A stretch of 64,000 nt of DNA from positions 352,001 to 416,000 of the forward strand of contig CAXXVZ010000005.1 in the NCBI GenBank assembly GCA_963678065.2, read 5' to 3'. How positions within the stretch are numbered: position 1 is the first letter of the stretch; each line of letters starts with the position of its first letter. Of the stretch, positions 57,595-64,000 are shown piece after piece. The DNA is from Treponemataceae bacterium. Lineage in GTDB: Bacteria; Spirochaetota; Spirochaetia; Treponematales; Rectinemataceae. The notes under the pieces were generated by a model that searched no databases, was not told the origin of the DNA, and saw only the letters and a program-made list of their open reading frames with translations. Position numbers and translations under genes: made by a program.

Positions 57595-58833
57595 TCACCG
57601 GGTATTCCCCAGCGCGTCGACGATCGGGAGGCGGGCCGCCCTGAATGAAGGGACGAGGGAGCCGACGAGGGCCGCGCCCATGGCGGCCGCGATCGCCTTC
57701 AGCGCGTCGGCGACCGAATAGACGGCGTACAGGCGGGAGCCGAAGGGTATGGGGACGTCGCGGGGCAGGAGCCACGAAACATCCAGTCCGATCCCTCCCA
57801 GGAGGAGGCCGAATACTGTCGACGGCAGAGCGGCGACAATGCAACCCGCCAGGCCGAGGAGGAGTCCCTCGACCAGGAAGAGCTTCTCGAGTTTCCTGCG
57901 GCGCATGCCTATCGCGCGCAGGGTGCCGATCTCGCGGTAGCGTTCCTGAACGTTCATCGCCATCGAGTTGAAGATGCCGGCGATGATGAGGGCGTAGAGC
58001 GCGGAGAGGACGGCCCCGAGCAGGACGAGGCGGGTCTCGATCGTCGACACGAGGATCTCCGCGAAGGTCTTCCATTCGTAGGCGACGAGGTCCACCCTGC
58101 CTGAGCGGGCGAGCGATGCGGAAATTGTCCTGGCGAGCCGCGCGCTGTCCCAGGGATTGTCGCCGCGTATCACGAGCCGGGTCGCCTCGTCCCCGAGGCC
58201 GAGAAAAGTCCGCGCCTGGTCGATGTCGATGTAGACCGTCATGTCGTCCATGAGGGGATACCCGAAACTGAAAATTCCGACGATCTTCGCGGCGCCCAGG
58301 TTGCGCGCCGATTTCTTGTCGAGAGCGGTGTAGAAGACAGGATCGCCGATTTTCAGGCCGAGCTTCTGTGCGAGTCCGCTGCCGATGAGGAGGCCGGGCT
58401 GCCCGGGCTCCAGGAAGGAGCCTTGCACGAGGGCGCGCCTGACGGAGGTGACGTCGGCCTCGGCGGCGCTTATGCCGCGGGCCATGACGCGGATGCCGCG
58501 CTCGCCGTTCGTGACTTCGAACGAGGCGTCTACGCGGGCACTGATCGCGGCCACGCCGGCCTCGTGGTGCAGAGCGTCGATGAGCTTTTCGGGTTCCCGG
58601 ATCGTGAAATCGAGAGGAAGGCGGCGCGCGTCGGCGCGGTAGCCGCGGACTTCGATCTGCGCCTGCGCGGTGTCGATGTCCATCATGTGAGAGTACGAGA
58701 CCGAAGTCAGGCCGCGGAGCAGGCCCTGCATGTTCATGAGGACGGTCGTTCCGATGACGATCGAGAGTATCGTGAGCATGCTCCTTCGCCTGTTGCGGAC
58801 GATGGAGCGCGCGGCGATCCGTATGGTTTCCAT
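57595..58833 (-). CDS. FtsX/LolE-like ABC permease
   Basis: RNRRRSMLT, ERYREIGTLRAIG, C-terminal TMs. Confidence 0.9.
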   Translation of the reverse strand: METIRIAARSIVRNRRRSMLTILSIVIGTTVLMNMQGLLRGLTSVSYSHMMDIDTAQAQIEVRGYRADARRLPLDFTIREPEKLIDALHHEAGVAAISARVDASFEVTNGERGIRVMARGISAAEADVTSVRRALVQGSFLEPGQPGLLIGSGLAQKLGLKIGDPVFYTALDKKSARNLGAAKIVGIFSFGYPLMDDMTVYIDIDQARTFLGLGDEATRLVIRGDNPWDSARLARTISASLARSGRVDLVAYEWKTFAEILVSTIETRLVLLGAVLSALYALIIAGIFNSMAMNVQERYREIGTLRAIGMRRRKLEKLFLVEGLLLGLAGCIVAALPSTVFGLLLGGIGLDVSWLLPRDVPIPFGSRLYAVYSVADALKAIAAAMGAALVGSLVPSFRAARLPIVDALGNTR

Positions 58834-58840
58834 GGCGCAC

Positions 58841-60136
58841 CTACCGTATGGACGAAAGACTCTCGGCGACACCCATGCGGGCGACCGAGCGGGCCGCGCG
58901 CGCGGCGGCTATCGAGCCGACAGCGACGCTCGCGAGCGTGCACAGCGCGTACCACGCAAGCGAGGGCGCGGGCCTGTTGTAGCGCGACAGCCCGAGGTTT
59001 TCCATGAGACCTCCGAAATCGACGCCGCTTCCCGACAGGGCCCGCACGACCGCGGCGCCGAAGACAAGGCCGACAGTCGCGCCCGCGAGGCCGAGAATGG
59101 CGCCTTCGAGGGTGATGAGGCGGCGCAGCTCGCGGGCCTTGAGTCCGATGGCGCGCATCGTGCCGAACTCCCGCATGCGCTCCATCACCGACATGAGGAC
59201 GGTGTTCGTGACGATGGTCCCGGCGACGAGGCCGAAGAGAGCTATCATGAATCCGAGGGCGATCTTGATGATGACCAGGAGGGAGAGCATCGACGCGTTG
59301 ATCGAGCGCCAGTCGGTCACTTCGAGGCCAGCCCCGGACTGGGCGCCGGCTTTGGTACCGGACTGAGCGCCGGCTTCGACAGCGGCCCCGGAGCCCAGTT
59401 TTTTCGACAGCTTGGCCGCGAAGGCCGGAGCCTTCGCGCGGTCGCGCAGAAGCACGCGCAGTTCACGCGCGGACCCCGCGACATCCAGCATCTCACCGGC
59501 CTTGTCGAAGGACATGTAGAAGGTCGTCTCGTCGAAGTCCGCGCTCTCGGTGGAGAAGATGCCCGTGACGGGGAGCTCCTCGTACCAGGGCTGGGAGTTG
59601 CGGTCCTGCACGAGGACGAGAACTCCCTCGCCCAGGCGCACGCGCAGAAGGCGCGCGGCGGCGGCCGAGATCAGGATACCCTTTCCTTCAGGCAGAAAAG
59701 CGCCTTCCCTGAGGCCGCCTCTCGCGCTCTCGGCGAAATAGGTATCCGGGCGGAGGCCCGAGCCCCTCATGGGGAGATTGCGCGGTTCGGTGACCTCCTG
59801 TCCGGCCTTTTCGACGAGAAGGGCGCCGAAGCTCAGCACGGGCTCCACGTCGAGGACATCTTTTCCGCCCGAGTCGAGGATGCGGGTCGCAAGGGCCTGC
59901 GCGTCGGGGATGAGGGAGTCGAGTCCCAAGAGGTCGATCGCCGAGGCCTCCGCGGCGCTCCGCACGCGGACGTGGCCCGCGCCGGTCGCAAGCCCGCTGT
60001 AGAAGCTCTCCGTGACGCCGTTCAGCACGCTGCCGATAGTCACCATCACCATGCAGGCGACGGCCACCGCGACCACGACCATCAGACTGCGCCTCCAGTG
60101 CTTGATTGCTCCGAGCAGGGCGAGGCGGAAGGTCAT
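58841..60136 (-). CDS. FtsX/LolE-like ABC permease
   Basis: WRRSL, NTVLMSVMERMREFGTMRAIG. Confidence 0.9.
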   Translation of the reverse strand: MTFRLALLGAIKHWRRSLMVVVAVAVACMVMVTIGSVLNGVTESFYSGLATGAGHVRVRSAAEASAIDLLGLDSLIPDAQALATRILDSGGKDVLDVEPVLSFGALLVEKAGQEVTEPRNLPMRGSGLRPDTYFAESARGGLREGAFLPEGKGILISAAAARLLRVRLGEGVLVLVQDRNSQPWYEELPVTGIFSTESADFDETTFYMSFDKAGEMLDVAGSARELRVLLRDRAKAPAFAAKLSKKLGSGAAVEAGAQSGTKAGAQSGAGLEVTDWRSINASMLSLLVIIKIALGFMIALFGLVAGTIVTNTVLMSVMERMREFGTMRAIGLKARELRRLITLEGAILGLAGATVGLVFGAAVVRALSGSGVDFGGLMENLGLSRYNRPAPSLAWYALCTLASVAVGSIAAARAARSVARMGVAESLSSIR

Positions 60137-60909
60137 GATTGTCCCTCGTCCCTCGCGGCGCCTTGCGCCGGGCCCCGGCCTGTGCTTCGATCCGCGTCCT
60201 TGTGGCGGTGGATCGCGCGCTCGCCCGTGATGAGGCCGTCTTTCATGTGGATCACGCGCTTCGCGTAGCGCTCGATGAGCTCGTTGTGCGTGGAGAAGAT
60301 GAAACTCACACCCTCTTCCTCGTTGAGCTGTCGCATAACCTCCATGATGACGGTCGAGGTGTCGGAATCGAGATTCGCCGTCGGCTCGTCGGCGATGACG
60401 AGGGATGGACTGTTGGCGAGAGCCCTCGCGATGGCCACACGCTGGCGCTGGCCGCCCGAGAGCTCGTCGGGCTTGTGGTTCACGAATTCGCCGAGTCCGA
60501 CAATCTCGACGAGGCGGTCCACGCGGAGCCTGCGGTCGGCCTTGGGCATTCCGGCGAGGACGAGCGGATACTCGATATTCTCGCGCACGTCGAGCACGCC
60601 CACGAGGTTGAAGCTCTGGAATATGAAACCGATCTTTCCGAGCCGCGTGTCGGCCTCGAGGTCGTCGTTGAAGGTGGAGATGTCGATGCCGTCGAGCGCG
60701 ACCGAGCCCGATGTCGGCTTGTCGATGCAGCCGATGATGTTGAGCAGCGTGGTCTTGCCGCAGCCCGAGGGCCCGACGATGGAGACGAAGTCGCCGCGGG
60801 CCACGGTGAAGCTGAGGCCCCGGAGCGCGTGGATGACGGTCTTGCCGAGATGATAATCCTTGCGGAGGTTTTCGACCTGGAGAATCGGAGTCGGATTGCG
60901 GGTTGACAT
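60133..60909 (-). CDS. LolD/MacB-like ABC ATP-binding protein
   Basis: GPSGCGKTT, GFIFQSFNL, LSGGQRQR, ADEPTANLD. Confidence 0.94.
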   Translation of the reverse strand: MSTRNPTPILQVENLRKDYHLGKTVIHALRGLSFTVARGDFVSIVGPSGCGKTTLLNIIGCIDKPTSGSVALDGIDISTFNDDLEADTRLGKIGFIFQSFNLVGVLDVRENIEYPLVLAGMPKADRRLRVDRLVEIVGLGEFVNHKPDELSGGQRQRVAIARALANSPSLVIADEPTANLDSDTSTVIMEVMRQLNEEEGVSFIFSTHNELIERYAKRVIHMKDGLITGERAIHRHKDADRSTGRGPAQGAARDEGQS

Positions 60910-60925
60910 CGCGGAAGTCCTCTGT

Positions 60926-62152
60926 TCAGAAATGGATTCGGGCGGCGAGTCCGGCCGAGGAACGCATGGATCCAAGGGGAGCCGGCAGACGCGAAAACTC
61001 GGCGCCGTCTTTCCCGATACCGAAGGCGCCCGTCAGCTCGATCTCGAAGTCCGGAAGGAAACTCAGAGTCAGGCCTGTGGAGAGAAGCGCGGAGCCGCCA
61101 TCCAGGTCGACGAGGGATCGGACAAACACCGCACCCTTGTCAGTGATGGAGAGAAAGGCTACGGGCAGGAGATAGAGAGTGCCCTCAAGGCCCCTGCCGC
61201 CGCCATATTCGCCGTCGAGGGAGAGGGAGAGCTCGAAGGCATCGCTGTAGAGCGTGTAGCGCGCCCCGGCCGTCCCGTACCAGTCAGGGGCGCCCATGAA
61301 CTCGACAGCGCCCTCGGCCTGGAGGATGAGACCCGCGATGTCGGCCGAGAGGCCGAGCGAGGGGCGAGCGACGCGATCCGGCTGGAAGTTTCCGCCGAGC
61401 GCAATCTGAAGGGTCCCGAGCTGCAGCTCGGCCGAGCCTGCCCAGATGAAGAGAGCGGGATCGGCCGAACCGGCGGCGCCGTCGAGGGCCGTCGCCGCCG
61501 CCGCGGCTGCGGCCGCGTACCTGGGGTCTGTCGCCCCGTAGGCCGCGAGAGCCTGGGCCGCTTTCGTCGCGGCCGCGTAGGCGTCGAGATTCCTGTCGAA
61601 GGAGAGGGCGGCGCGGAGCGAAAGATCGGCCCCCACGCTCCCCGCGAAGGAGATTCCCCTGAATCCGTCCTTCTGGTCCCAGAAACCGCTGCGCGGGTTG
61701 ATCATGTCGCCGGGCGCGAAGGCCGTGCCGATGCCGAGCTGCATCCGCCTTTTGCCGATCGCGAGGGAAGCGGCCTCGCCCAGGTCGACGCGGGCGTAGG
61801 CCTCGTGGACGCTCCCCGAAAAGGCGAGCGGCAGGCCGAGAAGGGCGGTGTTGCCCGAGAGATCGACCGTGTGGTTGAGGACGGCGCCCCAGCCGCGCCC
61901 GCCGAAGCGGTGCAGGAAGTTGGCCGACAGCGTCCAGAGCGCGGCGGTCCCGGCGGCGCCCGGATCGAGGGATGGGGAGGCGGCGACGAATCCCGCCGCC
62001 GCGTCGGCCGCGAGCGAGTATGAGGGCTCGCCCACATCGCCGGCAGAGGCCGGAGCCGCGGCGACAAGCGTTGTCAGGAGCATCGCGAAGAAAATGGCCG
62101 GCCCAGACAGAGCGCGAGCGCGACATCCGACCCCGGAGGGCATACATTTCAT
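60926..62152 (-). CDS. Putative outer-membrane beta-barrel protein
   Basis: Signal-like N-terminus, EAYARV, IGKRRMQLG, alternating beta-strand pattern, C-terminal ARIHF; start uncertain. Confidence 0.6.
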   Translation of the reverse strand: MKCMPSGVGCRARALSGPAIFFAMLLTTLVAAAPASAGDVGEPSYSLAADAAAGFVAASPSLDPGAAGTAALWTLSANFLHRFGGRGWGAVLNHTVDLSGNTALLGLPLAFSGSVHEAYARVDLGEAASLAIGKRRMQLGIGTAFAPGDMINPRSGFWDQKDGFRGISFAGSVGADLSLRAALSFDRNLDAYAAATKAAQALAAYGATDPRYAAAAAAAATALDGAAGSADPALFIWAGSAELQLGTLQIALGGNFQPDRVARPSLGLSADIAGLILQAEGAVEFMGAPDWYGTAGARYTLYSDAFELSLSLDGEYGGGRGLEGTLYLLPVAFLSITDKGAVFVRSLVDLDGGSALLSTGLTLSFLPDFEIELTGAFGIGKDGAEFSRLPAPLGSMRSSAGLAARIHF

Positions 62153-62163
62153 CGTCGTCGCCT

Positions 62164-62952
62164 TCAGCGGGTCAGGTAGACTTTGCTGAAGACCGAGAGC
62201 GGCACCTCGCGCTTCTCGATGGACTGCATCGTCATGGTGGTGATGGTCCCCTTCTTCTCGGTGCTCTCCATGCGCAGGACCGAGGGCCGGACAAAACTCC
62301 CGAAGTCCCTGATGCCGGAGAGTTCCATTTTCTTGAACAGAAGGCCGCTCTTCGCGTAGTACTCCATCCGCAGCGGCATGTAATCCGACTTGCGGGCCCA
62401 CATCACGATCTTGCCGTAGGCGGCTTCGTCATTTTTGGCCACCGACTCGACGACGAGGCAGGCCACCTTGCCGAGATCGGAGTGGAGGATGGTGGCCTCG
62501 GGGGCGAGGCTCGGCGAGTAATCATCGGCAAAACGTGTCTTGCCCACGTCGGCGTTCGAGAAGGTCGAGCCCTGAAAACTCTCCCGGGCGGAGAGCCTGA
62601 GCGCGCTCGAGGAGCCTGATTTGGGGTTGTACATCCACAGGCTCCCCTCGAGCTGGAGGAAGCGCGTCCCCTTGGACCTGGCGGGTGCGACGACCTCGAG
62701 GTAGCTGCCCTTGTCGCGCCGAGAAAGCGTCTCGAATGTCATCGACCGCACCGCGCCGTTCGCATCCTTCGTCTCCATGACGACGGTGGACGCATAGGAT
62801 TCGAGGGCGAGCGTTTTGTCTATCGCGGCCAGAACGTCCTCGGCTCGAGGAGCTTCCTGGGCCCCGAGGGCCGGAACGACGAGCGTCGCGATCAGAATAC
62901 TTACAAATGGCAGAAATACCGCGGCCGCGGGACCGCGTCGGCCTGTGCGCAT
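62164..62952 (-). CDS. Outer-membrane lipoprotein-sorting (LolA-like) protein
   Basis: PARSKGTRFL, LWMYNP, SFQGSTFSNAD, YYAKSGLLFK, FSKVYL; GAGGAG RBS. Confidence 0.85.
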   Translation of the reverse strand: MRTGRRGPAAAVFLPFVSILIATLVVPALGAQEAPRAEDVLAAIDKTLALESYASTVVMETKDANGAVRSMTFETLSRRDKGSYLEVVAPARSKGTRFLQLEGSLWMYNPKSGSSSALRLSARESFQGSTFSNADVGKTRFADDYSPSLAPEATILHSDLGKVACLVVESVAKNDEAAYGKIVMWARKSDYMPLRMEYYAKSGLLFKKMELSGIRDFGSFVRPSVLRMESTEKKGTITTMTMQSIEKREVPLSVFSKVYLTR

Positions 62953-63096
62953 CGGTGTGCTCCTCGTTTCAGGAATCGATCGGAGCTCAGATATACAGAG
63001 CCAGCAGTATTTAATCAACATACCGCGCCGCATCGCTTCGGCTTTCGCCCAGGTGCTCCGGCACGTCATCATGAGTGTACCGAAAAAGACCGGAGA

Positions 63097-64000
63097 CTAG
63101 AATCCGATCGTGACCTCGATCTTCAGGGTGCCTTTGTCGAGCTTTCCGCCTTCGAGGAACTTGCTTCCCTTCCCGTCGTTGAGGATGGAGCCGACCTCGT
63201 AATTCAGCAGGAAGACCGTGTTGGGGAAGAGCTGAAACTCGACTCCCGTGTCGAGGTAGATGTTGGAAGGATCCTCCGAAGGATCGTCGAGGCTGTAGCC
63301 GACAGCCTCATAAGGTTCGATGTAGTTCTCGTCGCGGAGCATAAACTTGTACAAGAGGCGCTCGAGGAAGGTGAGCGGAAGCGGATCGTGGCTGTAAAGG
63401 ACATCGTCGGCGAAAACCCCGATCTCGCCTCCGAGCCCTCCCTTCATGCCGACCTTGCTGATCAGACGGAGGGCGAGGTCGAGCTCGCCGAGCGCCGGCC
63501 GGTTGATCGCCGAGGGATCCGCGCAATAGGCTTCCAGCACGAGGGAGCCGATCCTGTCGTCGTCTTCGTCGCCCTCATCGAATATCCAGGCGGCGTTCGC
63601 CTTGTAATCTGCCCTCCAGACGGGGCCGATGCGTTCCGCGTCCGCTCCGGCGTAGAAAGACAATCGCGGCGCGGGATCGAGGGCGATACGCCCGGTCAGC
63701 CCGATCGCGTCCGTGTCGTTCCGCGTCTGGGCGCCGAGGGCGAGGAAAAGGAACGGGAAGGGCCTCAGCTTCGCGTGAACCCCGAAGCTGTATTTATCGC
63801 TCGCCTTCCCGATTACCGAAACATCCTCCCTGAGGTAAAGCTTTCCTTTGACGAGCTTCGCGGGAGCCGGAGTCACTCCGTCGGCTTCCCAGTACAGAAT
63901 GCCATCGAGGGCGTCATCTGTGGTGTCTTCCTTGCCGGTGGCGATGTAGGGGATTCTCGGCGGGGTGTCTTCGTCCGTCAGACCCCAGTTTCCCAGCGAG
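63097..64000 (-). CDS. Hypothetical outer-membrane beta-barrel protein, 5' end outside window
   Basis: Frame is open from the window edge; amphipathic beta strands; ends GTLKIEVTIGF. Confidence 0.6.
   Translation of the reverse strand, partial: SLGNWGLTDEDTPPRIPYIATGKEDTTDDALDGILYWEADGVTPAPAKLVKGKLYLREDVSVIGKASDKYSFGVHAKLRPFPFLFLALGAQTRNDTDAIGLTGRIALDPAPRLSFYAGADAERIGPVWRADYKANAAWIFDEGDEDDDRIGSLVLEAYCADPSAINRPALGELDLALRLISKVGMKGGLGGEIGVFADDVLYSHDPLPLTFLERLLYKFMLRDENYIEPYEAVGYSLDDPSEDPSNIYLDTGVEFQLFPNTVFLLNYEVGSILNDGKGSKFLEGGKLDKGTLKIEVTIGF

Noticed and set aside
59334..59376. 24-bp-period repeat encoding AGAQSG twice in an FtsX permease
   Set aside because: Two-copy in-frame linker duplication; not an array
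1..64000. CRISPR arrays, tRNA/rRNA, IS/integrase, phage or defence genes, stop-codon recoding
   Set aside because: None seen on reading; coding density is explained by standard-code genes, though short ncRNAs cannot be excluded without covariance searches

Overview
64 kb of bacterial DNA, probably from a high-GC Spirochaetia member (inferred from a spirochaete-style LLLLSC lipoprotein, outer-membrane modules and gene content). About 56 CDS; I saw no rRNA, tRNA, CRISPR array or mobile element. The first ~39.7 kb is a dense catabolic region for unknown sugars or glycoconjugates with four parts. (i) A LacI gene divergent from a fucose-isomerase-like gene and a CUT2 ABC transporter. (ii) A ~21.6-kb cluster: CUT1 ABC, two URO-D-like proteins, GDPD, Fe-S hydro-lyase alpha/beta, AtuA/DUF1446 plus DUF4387, two ceramidase-like proteins, FAD oxidoreductase, TauE, racemase, amidohydrolase, isomerase, LacI and FGGY kinase. 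Its promoters share a TTTTCGAAAA palindrome. (iii) An aminotransferase-Gfo/Idh/MocA-MtlD-like operon. (iv) A divergent sn-glycerol-1-phosphate dehydrogenase/GlpR-like/URO-D-like versus Ugp-like ABC/GDPD module with GlpR-type boxes. The rest looks like more GC-rich backbone: FKBP, esterase plus Fe-ADH, Ada, TspO-like, MarR plus heterodimeric ABC exporter, GNAT, a collapsed hydrolase pseudogene, an unusual patatin-VanX fusion, a GGDEF protein, an exported Ntn hydrolase and a LolA-like/FtsX/OM-barrel module. All product calls come from recognising motifs by eye, not from database searches.
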